Below, piece by piece: positions 10,134 through 20,122 of a DNA stretch of 64,000 nucleotides (the stretch's first letter is position 1; each line of letters starts with the position of its first letter). The notes beneath the pieces are model-generated. The model was not told where the DNA came from, made no database searches, and saw only the letters and a program-made list of their open reading frames with translations. The stretch is taken from the NCBI GenBank assembly GCA_017557785.1, contig JAFYYA010000050.1:32281-96280 (forward strand). The letters run 5' to 3'. This stretch comes from Salinivirgaceae bacterium (GTDB lineage: Bacteria > Bacteroidota > Bacteroidia > Bacteroidales > SZUA-534). The translations under genes were made by a program, and so were the position numbers.

Positions 10134-10160
10134 ATACTGAACGGTCGGTATGCAAATGTA
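10134..10160 (-). promoter_or_regulatory. Putative TetR operator palindrome directly downstream of -7 box
   Basis: ATACTGAACGGTCGGTAT imperfect palindrome (10134-10151); TACATTTG on minus strand at 10153-10160. Confidence 0.7.
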
Positions 10161-10399
10161 AGGCGGTTTTTTGATTTGTCAAGAGTTTTTTTAGAAAAAA
10201 TATCTTTATTGCTATTGTTTTGAAAACAAGCGTGTTATAGTTAACACGTTCCGATTTTTAAACAAGAAATAACTGAAATAATTGCTTGGTTGCAAACAAA
10301 AAATGGCTTAACAGTTGGTATTTTTTTGTGGGGAAAAACAAGTTGTTGGGTTATAGATACATTAAAACTTGATAATCAATGTTATGTAGGAGAATGTAG

Positions 10400-12526
10400 T
10401 TACGAAATCTGCCCCCAGTCGAACTCATATTTCCAGCGGCGCTTGATTTCCGAGTCGAGAATGACGTGCTCGGGCTGTTTCAGGTTCGGGTCGACTTCCA
10501 GAATGTGCGATGCTTCGTCGCGGGCCAGCATCAGAATCTGATTGTCTTTTCCTAAATCGGCGATTTTCAGGTCGATGGCGATGCCGCTCTGCTGCGTGCC
10601 TTCAATATCGCCAGGGCCGCGCAGTTTCAGGTCGGCTTCAGCAATCACAAAGCCGTCGTTGGTCTCAACCATCGTCTGGATGCGCTTGCGGCCTTCGGTG
10701 GTCAGACGGTCGCCAGTCATCAGAATGCAATACGACTGGTCGGCACCGCGGCCCACGCGCCCGCGCAGTTGGTGCAATTGGCTCAATCCAAACCGCTCGG
10801 CGTTCTCAATCACCATTACCGATGCGTTCGGCACGTTCACGCCAACTTCAATCACCGTGGTGGCTATCATTATATTGGTGATGCCTTTGGCGAAATATGT
10901 CATCGATTTTTCTTTCTCGGCCGACGGCATCTGTCCGTGGACAACGCTGATGGCGTAGTCGGGCGGGGGGAAGGCGCGCGATATGCTCTCGACGCCGTCT
11001 TCAAGATATTTCAAATCAGACGCTTTTGGCTCGCTGATGAGCGGATAGACGATGTAAACCTGCCGTCCCTGCTTAAGTTGCTCGCGCAGAAATCCGAACA
11101 TCTGCAAACGCCGCGAATCGTTGTAGTGTATGGTCTTGACGGGTTTGCGGCCTGGCGGCAGTTCATCGATTACCGACACGTCCAAATCGCCGTAGAGCGT
11201 CATTGCCAGCGTGCGCGGAATAGGGGTGGCGGTCATCACCAATACGTGCGGCGGAATGCTGTTTTTCGACCACAGCCGTGCACGCTGCGCAACGCCAAAA
11301 CGGTGCTGCTCATCGATGACCACAAGACCTAAACTGTTGAAAACCACGCGGTCTTCAATCAGCGCGTGTGTACCGATGAGTATTTTCAACTGGCCGCTGG
11401 CAAGGTCGGCAAGCAGTTGAGTACGAGTGGATTGCTTTGTTGAGCCCGTCAGCAGCGCCACTTCGATGCCCATCGGCGCAAGCATCTCGCAGAACGATTT
11501 GTAGTGCTGCTGCGCCAGAATCTCGGTGGGGGCCATCAGACACGACTGGAAGCCGTTGTCCAACGCCAAAAGCATCGACATCAGCGCCACCAGCGTCTTG
11601 CCGCTGCCCACATCGCCTTGCAGCAGACGGTTCATCTGCAGGCCAGTGTTGGTGTCGCGGCGGATTTCGCGCAGAACGCGTTTCTGGGCGTTGGTCAGGC
11701 TGAAGGGCAGATGGTTGTTGTAGAAATCGTTGAAATTTTGACCTACAACTTCGAACTTGTGTCCACCGTTGGCTCGGGCGCGTATCTTTTTGAGTCTTAA
11801 TAGTTTGAGTTGAATGTAGAATAACTCTTCGAACTTGAGCCGCAACTGCGCCCGCTGCAAATCGTGCTGATTTTTAGGCAGATGAATATCGGTCAGTGCG
11901 GTTTTCAGGTTGGGCAGATTCAGTTTTTCGAGTAGTTCGCGCGGCAGAGTTTCAAAAATTGTGGTGTTTTTGATGGCTTCGTGCAGGTTGATTTGCAACT
12001 GGTGGATGGTTTTCGACGTAACCATCTTGGTTTTCATCTTTTCAGATGTGTTGTAGAGCGGCTGCAGCGAGAACTCGGGTTTGGCCTGGTATTTGGCCAT
12101 ATCTTCAATCTCGGGGTGCACAAAATTCAACTGGTGGTTGAATTCCGTCGGCTTGCCGAAAACCACATATTCGGCCCCGACCTTGAATCGGTCTTTAATC
12201 CATTTGATGCCCTTGAACCAGACCAGCGGCACGGCGCCCGTTTCATCGGCGAACCACGCCACAAAGCGCTGGTTGCGGCCTTCGCCCACAAGTTCGGTCT
12301 TGGTGATTCGGCCTTTCACCTGAATCAGCCCCAAATCTTCGTTTATCGAGTTGATGGAATAGAAGCGCGTGCGGTCGAGGTAGCGGTAGGGGAAATAGTA
12401 GAGCAGGTCGGCGTAGGTTTTCACGCCCAACTCGTCGGCAAGCGTCAGCGCCCGCTGCGGGCCAACGCCCTTCAGGTACATTATGTCAGTGTCGAGAATG
12501 TTCTGTGCTACCATTTGTCCCAGCAT
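10400..12526 (-). CDS. recG: ATP-dependent DNA helicase RecG
   Basis: LKGVGP N-terminus, RLLQGDVGSGKT, DEQHRFGV, MTATPIPRTLA, QLHQLRGRVGRG; likely start ATG 12526 or 12514. Confidence 0.97.
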   Translation of the reverse strand: MLGQMVAQNILDTDIMYLKGVGPQRALTLADELGVKTYADLLYYFPYRYLDRTRFYSINSINEDLGLIQVKGRITKTELVGEGRNQRFVAWFADETGAVPLVWFKGIKWIKDRFKVGAEYVVFGKPTEFNHQLNFVHPEIEDMAKYQAKPEFSLQPLYNTSEKMKTKMVTSKTIHQLQINLHEAIKNTTIFETLPRELLEKLNLPNLKTALTDIHLPKNQHDLQRAQLRLKFEELFYIQLKLLRLKKIRARANGGHKFEVVGQNFNDFYNNHLPFSLTNAQKRVLREIRRDTNTGLQMNRLLQGDVGSGKTLVALMSMLLALDNGFQSCLMAPTEILAQQHYKSFCEMLAPMGIEVALLTGSTKQSTRTQLLADLASGQLKILIGTHALIEDRVVFNSLGLVVIDEQHRFGVAQRARLWSKNSIPPHVLVMTATPIPRTLAMTLYGDLDVSVIDELPPGRKPVKTIHYNDSRRLQMFGFLREQLKQGRQVYIVYPLISEPKASDLKYLEDGVESISRAFPPPDYAISVVHGQMPSAEKEKSMTYFAKGITNIMIATTVIEVGVNVPNASVMVIENAERFGLSQLHQLRGRVGRGADQSYCILMTGDRLTTEGRKRIQTMVETNDGFVIAEADLKLRGPGDIEGTQQSGIAIDLKIADLGKDNQILMLARDEASHILEVDPNLKQPEHVILDSEIKRRWKYEFDWGQIS

Positions 12527-12663
12527 TGATTGACCGTTATTCAGGTCAAATTCCAAATCGTAAAGAAAACAATTTTGACAATTAGGCGCAAGCCGATGGG
12601 GGCGTTCGCTTGCAAAAACCTTCTTGTCGGTTTCCCCGATGGTGCTGTTTTCGAAAAAGAATC

Positions 12664-12671
12664 TAAATTTG
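12664..12671 (+). promoter_or_regulatory. -7 promoter box for mltG
   Basis: TAAATTTG 22 bp upstream of GTG start. Confidence 0.6.
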
Positions 12672-12693
12672 CGGCTCGAAAAACAACACAATC

Positions 12694-13749
12694 GTGGCAA
12701 AAAAAAGTAAGAAGAAAATAGGCCGATGGCTTGCTCTGAGCGGCTTTGCGGGTGCAATTGTCTTTGCGGTGATGGCCTATCATATATATGGTGAAGTGCA
12801 GCGGCCCAACGTCAATCTCGACGGACGCAAGACTGCCTATCTCTATATTCGCACGGGCAGCGTTTATGCCGATGTGCTCAAGATGCTGAAAGACAGCAGT
12901 TTCGTTATCGATGCAGAATCGTTCGACTGGGTGGCGCGGCAAAAAAACTATCCGCAACTTGTCAAAGCCGGACGGTTTAAGATTCGCAATGGTATGAGCA
13001 ACAATCAGTTAGTCAATCTGTTGCGAAGCGGCTCGCAGGAACCGGTCAAAATCACAATTGGCAAGGTTAGGTCGGTGAAGCGGCTGGCTGAATTGATTGG
13101 CAACAAACTTGAAATGGGCGATGAAGAGTTGTATATGTTGCTGACAGACAATGTCTATTTGGCGAATTACGGAAAAACACGCGAAACGGCTTTCACGCTT
13201 TTCATTACCGACACCTATTATTTCAACTGGAACACAAGCGCCAAACAGTTCATTGAGCGGATGTACGCCGAGTCGGTCAAGTTTTGGGATGCCAACCGTC
13301 GCGAGAAGGCCAAAGCCGTCAATCTCACACCCGACGAAGCCTACACGCTGGCGTCGATTGTGGAAGAGGAAACCATCAAAAACGACGAGAAACCCGATGT
13401 GGCCGGCGTCTATCTGAACCGCATCCGCATTGGAATGCCGCTGCAGGCCGACCCGACGGTGAAATTCGCTGTCGGCGATTTCGAAATCAAGCGCATTCTG
13501 AACCGCCATCTTGAAATTGAAAGCCCGTATAACACATACAAACACAAAGGGTTACCGCCGGGACCGATTTGCATTCCGTCGAAATCGTCAATCGATGCCG
13601 TGCTTAACCACAACAAGCACAAATATTTGTATTTCTGTGCAAAAGACGATTTTTCGGGCTATCACGCATTTGCCCGCACGCTGATTGAGCACAACGCCAA
13701 TGCCGAAAAGTATCGTAAGGCGCTGAACAAGAACCGGATATATAGATAG
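12694..13749 (+). CDS. mltG: Endolytic transglycosylase MltG (YceG)
   Basis: N-terminal TM; LASIVEEE, LQADPT, SPYNTY, GLPPGPI, YLYF motifs. Confidence 0.95.
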   Translation: MAKKSKKKIGRWLALSGFAGAIVFAVMAYHIYGEVQRPNVNLDGRKTAYLYIRTGSVYADVLKMLKDSSFVIDAESFDWVARQKNYPQLVKAGRFKIRNGMSNNQLVNLLRSGSQEPVKITIGKVRSVKRLAELIGNKLEMGDEELYMLLTDNVYLANYGKTRETAFTLFITDTYYFNWNTSAKQFIERMYAESVKFWDANRREKAKAVNLTPDEAYTLASIVEEETIKNDEKPDVAGVYLNRIRIGMPLQADPTVKFAVGDFEIKRILNRHLEIESPYNTYKHKGLPPGPICIPSKSSIDAVLNHNKHKYLYFCAKDDFSGYHAFARTLIEHNANAEKYRKALNKNRIYR

Positions 13750-13761
13750 TTGGCTGATTTT

Positions 13762-13792
13762 CGGACAGCAGACATCAGACTACAGACAACGG
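13762..13792. repeat. (CAGACTA)n heptamer array just after mltG stop
   Basis: cggacag cagacat cagacta cagacaa cgg. Confidence 0.8.
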
Positions 13793-13907
13793 CTTGAGTT
13801 GTACTCGTAGCCACATTGTCTGCTATTTTCTATCGCATTCCACCTTACGCAAATCACACTTTACACTTTAATCTTTGTTATCTTGGCTTTTCGTACCAAA
13901 ATTCTTT

Positions 13908-13915
13908 TACTTTTG
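13908..13915 (+). promoter_or_regulatory. -7 promoter box for secA operon
   Basis: TACTTTTG upstream of secA. Confidence 0.6.
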
Positions 13916-13980
13916 CCGTATTTGCAAAAAATATGTATTTGATAATTAATCATTTGATAAACAAATAATTACAATAATAT

Positions 13981-16900
13981 ATGGGAATAATTGACGGCTT
14001 CCTGACAAAGTTGTTCGGGAACAAATCCGACCGAGACATCAAAGAGATAATGCCATACGTTATCGCAACCAACGAGGAATACGCCAAACTGGCTAATCTC
14101 TCGAACGATGAGTTGCGTCAGCAAAGCATTGAACTTCAGCAGATTATACAAGACCGCATCAGCGATGAGAACAAACAGATTGCCGATTTGCGTCAGCAGA
14201 TTGAGCAAGAGGAAGACATCGAAAAGAAGGAAAATCTTTACAATCAGATAGATAAGATTGAAGAGACCATCGACACGAAAATTGCCGATGTGCTCGACGA
14301 GTTGCTGCCGCGCGCTTTCGCCATCATCAAGGACACCGCGCGCAGGTTCAAAGAGCACACCGAGGTCGAGGTTACGGCAACGCAGTTCGACCGCGACATT
14401 GCCGCCGTCCGCGACAGCGTTGAAATCCGCGGCGACAAGGCCATCTGGTTCAACACCTGGACCGCTGGCGGCTCGCCAATCACGTGGGATATGGTGCACT
14501 ACGACGTGCAACTTATCGGCGGTGTGGCTCTGCACAAAGGCAAGATTGCCGAGATGGCCACTGGCGAGGGCAAGACACTTGTGGCCACTCTGCCTGTGTT
14601 CCTTAACGCGCTGACACACAGAGGCGTGCATATGGTCACCGTGAACGACTATCTGGCAAAACGTGACGCCGAATGGATGGGCACGCTCTACGAATTCCAC
14701 GGTCTTCGCGTGGATTGCATCGACAAACACGACCCCAATAGCGAGCCGCGCCGCAAGGCTTATCAGGCCGATGTTACGTTCGGTACCAACAACGAGTTCG
14801 GTTTCGACTATCTGCGCGATAATATGGCCATCAGCCCCGACGACCTTGTACAACGCCGTCACAACTACGCTATTGTCGATGAGGTCGACTCTGTGTTGAT
14901 TGACGATGCCCGTACACCGCTTATCATTTCAGGTCCTGTGCCAAAAGGCGACAACCAACTGTTCGACCAGTTCAAGCCGCAGGTGATGAAACTCTATCAG
15001 GCACAGCGCGACTTGGTTACAAAGCTTCTGGCCGACGCCAAGAAACTCATATCCGAAGGCAACGAGGAAGAGGGTGGAAAGCTGCTGCTGCGTGCACAGA
15101 AAGGCCTGCCGAAGCACAAACCGCTCATCCGCTACTTGAGCGAGCCGGGTGTGAAGGTGATGGTGCAGAAGACCGAGAACTTCTATATGCAGGACAACAG
15201 CAAGAATATGTACTTGATTACTGACGACCTGTACTTCATTATCGAAGAGAAGCAAAACGCCATCGAACTCACCGATAAGGGTATCGATTTGATTTCAAGC
15301 GACTTGGAAGACAAGAATTTCTTCGTGATGCCCGATGTCGGCGCAGAGATTGCCGAGCTTGAGCACAAGAATCTGTCTACAGCCGAGCTGGTTGAGCAGA
15401 AAGACAAACTACTGCAGGACTATTCGATTAAAACCGAACGTATCCATACCATCAACCAGTTGCTCAAGGCTTACGCGATGTTTGAGCGCGATGTTGAGTA
15501 TGTGGTTGTCGACAACAAGGTGAAGATTGTGGACGAGCAGACGGGCCGTATTATGGAAGGCCGCCGCTATTCCGACGGTTTGCACCAAGCCATCGAGGCC
15601 AAGGAAAACGTGAAGGTCGAGGCCGCAACGCAGACCTACGCAACCATCACGCTGCAGAACTATTTCCGTATGTATAAGAAACTTGCAGGTATGACTGGTA
15701 CCGCAGAGACCGAGGCTGGTGAGTTCTGGAACATCTACAAACTCGATGTTGTGGTCATCCCGACCAACCGCCCCGTGCAGCGTATCGACTACGACGATTT
15801 GGTTTACAAAACGGCCCGCGAGAAATACAACGCCGTCATCAACGAGATTGTGAAACTCAACGAGGCCGGACGTCCGGTGCTTGTGGGTACCACATCGGTT
15901 GAAATTTCCGAACTTTTGAGCCGAATGCTGAAAATGCGTGGCATCAAACATAATGTGCTGAATGCCAAGCAGCACCAGCGTGAGGCCGAGATTGTGGCGG
16001 AAGCAGGTAAGACGGGCACCGTGACCATCGCCACCAATATGGCCGGTCGTGGTACCGACATCAAGCTGACACCCGAAGTTCGTGAGGCGGGCGGTTTGGC
16101 AATTCTTGGCACTGAGCGCCACGAGTCACGCCGCGTCGACCGCCAGTTGCGTGGTCGTGCAGGACGTCAGGGCGACCCGGGTTCGTCACAGTTCTTCGTG
16201 TCGCTCGAGGACAACCTGATGCGACTCTTCGGCTCTGACCGCATTGCTGGACTGATGGACAAGATGGGACTTGAGGAAGGCGAGGTGATTCAGCACTCAA
16301 TGATTTCGAAATCAATTGAGCGCGCACAGAAAAAAGTGGAAGAGAACAACTTCGGCATTCGTAAGCGCCTTCTCGAGTACGACGACGTGATGAACAACCA
16401 GCGTGAGGTAATCTACAAACGCCGCCGCCACGCTCTGTTCGGCGACCGCCTGCAAGTGGACATCGTGAACAACATCTACGACGTGTGCGAGCAGATGGCC
16501 AACGAGTACAAGGACGCCAACGACTTCGAGGAACTGAAGCTCGCTAATGTGCGCACGCTTTCAATCGACACGCCGTTCGACGAGGACACCTTCAACCACG
16601 AGAGCGTTGCCGAGATTACAAACCGTCTCTATCAGGCCGCCATCGACGCCTACAAGCGCAAATCGGCTACGATTCAGCAGCGCGTATGGCCAGTTATCAA
16701 GAATGTGTATGAGACTCAAGGTCAGACATATACCAACATCGTAATTCCGATTACCGACGGCCGCAAGACATACAACATCGTCACCAATCTGAAACGCGCC
16801 TACGAGTCGGAAGGCAAGGATTTGGTAACGTCTATCGAAAAGAGTATCAGCTTGTTGACCATCGACGACGCTTGGCGCGAGCACTTACGTGAGATGGACG

Positions 16901-17265
16901 ATTTGAAACAATCAGTTCAGAACGCCACCTACGAGCAGAAAGACCCGCTTTTGATTTATAAATTCGAGTCGTTCAACCTATTCAAGGCGATGATTGAGAA
17001 GATTAATTCCGAGCTTGTGTCGATAATAATGAAAGGCAATCTGCCTGTTCAGGACCCCGAGCAGGTTCGCCAGGTTGAGCAGCGCCGCCAGCTCGATATG
17101 AGCCGATTCAACACAGGCCGCACCGAGCAAGGTCAGGGCCAACGCCCCGAGGACCGCAAGGTACAGCCCGTGAGAGTGGACAAGAAGGTTGGCCGCAACG
17201 ACCCGTGCCCGTGTGGTAGCGGCAAGAAATTCAAGAACTGCCACGGAATGAATCTGCCTGAATAA
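13981..17265 (+). CDS. secA: Preprotein translocase ATPase SecA
   Basis: [49 protein letters not shown]-terminal [23 protein letters not shown]. Confidence 0.99.
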   Translation: MGIIDGFLTKLFGNKSDRDIKEIMPYVIATNEEYAKLANLSNDELRQQSIELQQIIQDRISDENKQIADLRQQIEQEEDIEKKENLYNQIDKIEETIDTKIADVLDELLPRAFAIIKDTARRFKEHTEVEVTATQFDRDIAAVRDSVEIRGDKAIWFNTWTAGGSPITWDMVHYDVQLIGGVALHKGKIAEMATGEGKTLVATLPVFLNALTHRGVHMVTVNDYLAKRDAEWMGTLYEFHGLRVDCIDKHDPNSEPRRKAYQADVTFGTNNEFGFDYLRDNMAISPDDLVQRRHNYAIVDEVDSVLIDDARTPLIISGPVPKGDNQLFDQFKPQVMKLYQAQRDLVTKLLADAKKLISEGNEEEGGKLLLRAQKGLPKHKPLIRYLSEPGVKVMVQKTENFYMQDNSKNMYLITDDLYFIIEEKQNAIELTDKGIDLISSDLEDKNFFVMPDVGAEIAELEHKNLSTAELVEQKDKLLQDYSIKTERIHTINQLLKAYAMFERDVEYVVVDNKVKIVDEQTGRIMEGRRYSDGLHQAIEAKENVKVEAATQTYATITLQNYFRMYKKLAGMTGTAETEAGEFWNIYKLDVVVIPTNRPVQRIDYDDLVYKTAREKYNAVINEIVKLNEAGRPVLVGTTSVEISELLSRMLKMRGIKHNVLNAKQHQREAEIVAEAGKTGTVTIATNMAGRGTDIKLTPEVREAGGLAILGTERHESRRVDRQLRGRAGRQGDPGSSQFFVSLEDNLMRLFGSDRIAGLMDKMGLEEGEVIQHSMISKSIERAQKKVEENNFGIRKRLLEYDDVMNNQREVIYKRRRHALFGDRLQVDIVNNIYDVCEQMANEYKDANDFEELKLANVRTLSIDTPFDEDTFNHESVAEITNRLYQAAIDAYKRKSATIQQRVWPVIKNVYETQGQTYTNIVIPITDGRKTYNIVTNLKRAYESEGKDLVTSIEKSISLLTIDDAWREHLREMDDLKQSVQNATYEQKDPLLIYKFESFNLFKAMIEKINSELVSIIMKGNLPVQDPEQVRQVEQRRQLDMSRFNTGRTEQGQGQRPEDRKVQPVRVDKKVGRNDPCPCGSGKKFKNCHGMNLPE

Positions 17266-17272
17266 CAGCATT

Positions 17273-17809
17273 ATGCAGAAACGGTACAATCCTATTCGGC
17301 TGAAATTGAGCCAACTCTTTGTTGGTGAGCACGATGTACAAAATCGTGTGGCCGTGCCTTGCCCGCTCGAGAAGGCCACAAGGGTGGGGTTGCTGTTCGC
17401 CGTTTCGTCAGATTCCGACATTGCCGACGCCAACTACGCCTACAGCCAGCTCTCGGCTTTCAAGGCGGGTGTGACAGCTTTGGGCTACGTGCCAAACCGC
17501 AAGGAACTGTCGGCCTATCAGCAGCAGTGCCATTTCAACCTGTTCACCGATGCCGACCTTGACTTTATGTACCGCCCCAAAAGCAGTATGGTGGCCGATT
17601 TCGAGGCAACAGCGTTCGACATTCTCATCGACTTGAATTCAGCCGATTACTATCCGACAAGGCTGATGCTGCATCGGACAGCCGCGAAGTTCCGCATAGG
17701 CCGCTTTGCCGAGCGTCAGCCGTTCGACCTGATGTTGAGCATCGACGACACAAAAGACGCGAAATACTATTTTGAACAGATACAGTTTTATCTAAAGAAA
17801 TTTAATTGA
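17273..17809 (+). CDS. Conserved Bacteroidota hypothetical protein (DUF6913-like) upstream of dapA
   Basis: FDILIDL...AKFRIG...FDLM pattern; operonic position secA-X-dapA. Confidence 0.65.
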   Translation: MQKRYNPIRLKLSQLFVGEHDVQNRVAVPCPLEKATRVGLLFAVSSDSDIADANYAYSQLSAFKAGVTALGYVPNRKELSAYQQQCHFNLFTDADLDFMYRPKSSMVADFEATAFDILIDLNSADYYPTRLMLHRTAAKFRIGRFAERQPFDLMLSIDDTKDAKYYFEQIQFYLKKFN

Positions 17810-17817
17810 TTATCAAT

Positions 17818-18702
17818 ATGATGCAACAATTGCGAGGTGTGGGCGTGGCAATGGTAACGCCATTCAGCACCGATGGAAAAATTGATTATCAGGCACTTGA
17901 AAACATTATTGAGTCGCAAGTGGCCAACGGCACCGATTACATTGTGGCGTTAGGCACCACGGGCGAACCTGCAACTCTCTCAAAATCAGAGAAAGACGAG
18001 TTGCTCGACTTCATTATCGGCAAGGTCGCGGGCCGCATCCCGATTGTGGTGGGCTGTGGCGGCAACAACACCGCCGACGTGATTGCGCAGGCCAAGGAAT
18101 ACGCCAAAAACGACAAAATCGCGGCTCTGCTTTCGGTTGCGCCGTTCTACAACAAGCCCAACCAGCGCGGCGTGTACGCCCATTTCAAGGCTTTGGCCGA
18201 CAATGTTGACAAACCGATACTTTTATATAACGTGCCAGGCCGCACGGGCATCAACATCTCGCCCGACGTGGTTGTGAGCCTTGCCAACGACTGCCGCAAC
18301 ATTGTGGGCGTGAAAGAGGCGTCGGGCAATGTGGCACAGTGTATGCAACTTGCCAGCCGCTGCCCGAAGGATTTCATCTTGATTTCGGGCGACGACGCAC
18401 TGACTCTGCCGCTCATTGCCTGCGGATTCTCAGGCGTGATTTCGGTGCTTCAGAACGCATTCCCCGCGCAGTTCAGCAAGATTGTCCACCTTGCTCTCGA
18501 CGGCCGTTTCAGCGATGCCCGCGAGCAGCATCTGAAGTTCCTGCCTGTCATCGATACTCTGTTTGCCGAGGGTAGTCCGTCGGGCGTAAAAGCCTATCTT
18601 GAACTGCAGGGCAAAGCGAAAAACATCGTTCGTCTGCCGCTTGCAACGGTGAGCGACACGCTCTATGAGAAAATCAAGACACTGAATGCCAGTGTTAAGT
18701 GA
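17818..18702 (+). CDS. dapA: 4-hydroxy-tetrahydrodipicolinate synthase
   Basis: VAMVTPF, LGTTGE, PFYNKP, LYNVPGRTG, GVKEASG, SGDD. Confidence 0.96.
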   Translation: MMQQLRGVGVAMVTPFSTDGKIDYQALENIIESQVANGTDYIVALGTTGEPATLSKSEKDELLDFIIGKVAGRIPIVVGCGGNNTADVIAQAKEYAKNDKIAALLSVAPFYNKPNQRGVYAHFKALADNVDKPILLYNVPGRTGINISPDVVVSLANDCRNIVGVKEASGNVAQCMQLASRCPKDFILISGDDALTLPLIACGFSGVISVLQNAFPAQFSKIVHLALDGRFSDAREQHLKFLPVIDTLFAEGSPSGVKAYLELQGKAKNIVRLPLATVSDTLYEKIKTLNASVK

Positions 18703-18782
18703 TTGAATTTTATATTGTTGTGGTGGCAAATCTTTTTATTTAAAAAAAACATTTGCCAGGTTGCAACAATTCAAAAAACGCA

Positions 18783-18790
18783 TATATTTG
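18783..18790 (+). promoter_or_regulatory. -7 promoter box for tRNA-Arg(ACG)
   Basis: TATATTTG 12 bp upstream of tRNA. Confidence 0.7.
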
Positions 18791-18802
18791 CAACCGCTTT
18801 AG

Positions 18803-18876
18803 GGCCCCGTAGCTCAACTGTATAGAGCATTTGACTACGGATCAAAAGGTTGTGGGTTAGAATCCCGCCGGGGTCA
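18803..18876 (+). tRNA. tRNA-Arg (anticodon ACG), CCA not encoded
   Basis: Acceptor GGCCCCG/CGGGGTC, anticodon arm TTTGA-CTACGGA-TCAAA, T arm GTGGG-TTAGAAT-CCCGC. Confidence 0.93.
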
Positions 18877-18886
18877 CAAGTTTTTT

Positions 18887-18921
18887 AAACCTCTGTCAGA
18901 CAATTGTTTGCAGGGGTTTTG
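18887..18921. terminator. Hairpin terminator between tRNA-Arg and convergent hydrolase
   Basis: AAACCTCTGTCAGAC...GTTTGCAGGGGTTTT. Confidence 0.55.
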
Positions 18922-18980
18922 CTATTTTTAGGCGATTATGCCTTTTCTTGTAAAAAACTGGTGATTTGAGCCGTTAATCC

Positions 18981-19880
18981 TTAGAATTTGTTGAAAGTCA
19001 GCCAACGGTAGAAACTTTCGCGCCAAGTGCCGCTGGTATTTCCCATGTCGTTAGGTCCAAATGGTCCGTAACCATCATCGTAGATATGAAGTTCGGCATT
19101 GGCACCGGCTTTTTTCCAATCGAGATAGAGCGATAATAGTCCGGCTGCAACGTTTTGGTGGTTGCCACGGGTGGCAATAAACAAATTAGGCGCATTTGCC
19201 GGTACATCAACATCAGTGAGTGCCGGACCGAAAATGGTGGCCAGGAATGCCGGTTTGTGCATGTTGTCGGCACGAACTGTTGCCCCGATGGCTACGCCGC
19301 CGCCAGCAGAAAAACCGAGATAGCCGATCTTTGTTGTGTCAATATTCCATTCAGCAGCATGTTGCTTGACGATTTCCATTGCACGCAAGGCGTCAGCAAT
19401 GGCGTTGTTGATATTTGCATCGTCAGCATCAGTCAGATTGGGATTGGCGTTCGATTTCACCAGTTTATCGAAATTGGTAATGTCAACATTAAGCATTTTC
19501 AACGGGTCGAATTTGGGGCGGGGGCCGTTGGAAATGCGGGTGCGGTATTTGAGTCCGATGGCAACAATTCCACGCTTATTAAGCCATTCAGCCATATTAA
19601 TCACGTTGTCGCCCCACGAGTGAGCCGACAGTCCGCCACCAGAGCAGAGAATCACGGCAGTGCAGCCTTTCGATTTGCTTGTTTCCGGCAGATATACAGT
19701 GATTGTAGGGTCGACAACGCCGTAGATGGTTTGAATCTGGCCGTTTGCATCGCGCAGGGCTTTCTCTTTGTTCTCAACGTTCTCGCTCCCTGGTGCAGTC
19801 CCTTCGTATAGTCTGATTTCTTGTTGCCCTAAGGCACCCATCGACAAAAAAATCAGCACAATTGCTAAAGTCTGTTTCAT
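18981..19880 (-). CDS. Secreted alpha/beta hydrolase (BD-FAE/xylan esterase-like)
   Basis: Signal peptide; PTITVYLP, SGGG, LKYR, WNIDTTKIGYLGFSAGG nucleophile elbow, AELHIY. Confidence 0.8.
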   Translation of the reverse strand: MKQTLAIVLIFLSMGALGQQEIRLYEGTAPGSENVENKEKALRDANGQIQTIYGVVDPTITVYLPETSKSKGCTAVILCSGGGLSAHSWGDNVINMAEWLNKRGIVAIGLKYRTRISNGPRPKFDPLKMLNVDITNFDKLVKSNANPNLTDADDANINNAIADALRAMEIVKQHAAEWNIDTTKIGYLGFSAGGGVAIGATVRADNMHKPAFLATIFGPALTDVDVPANAPNLFIATRGNHQNVAAGLLSLYLDWKKAGANAELHIYDDGYGPFGPNDMGNTSGTWRESFYRWLTFNKF

Positions 19881-20057
19881 TATATTGCTGATTAACAATG
19901 TTGTTGCTGTGGTAAAACACCGCCAGCAATCATTTTTTAAAAATAGTCCGATTTTGTTATCGGCCTTCAGTCAATCATCAATAATAATTGATTGATAGTC
20001 AAATATGGAAGGATTATTGTCAATAGGAAAGGGGAATGGTATATCTGACGGGGGTAC

Positions 20058-20097
20058 AAAAAAACAAGCAGAGCCGTCAATTTCTGGCGGCTCTGCA
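20058..20097 (-). terminator. Intrinsic terminator of GH8 gene
   Basis: GCAGAGCCGTCA...TGGCGGCTCTGC hairpin followed by U-tract on minus strand. Confidence 0.75.
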
Positions 20098-20122
20098 TTG
20101 TAATTGGCTGACTATCTATTTA

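Noticed and set aside
12527-12757. N-terminal extension of the RecG ORF in the track
   Set aside because: Overlaps the divergent mltG start and promoter; RecG homology begins near MVAQNILDTDIMYLKG.
13969-16122. Long antisense ORFs (297, 237 aa) opposite secA, and similar shadows opposite GH43, speE, PNP, SSS and POT genes
   Set aside because: Antisense shadows of well-supported genes produced by codon bias; no recognisable motifs.
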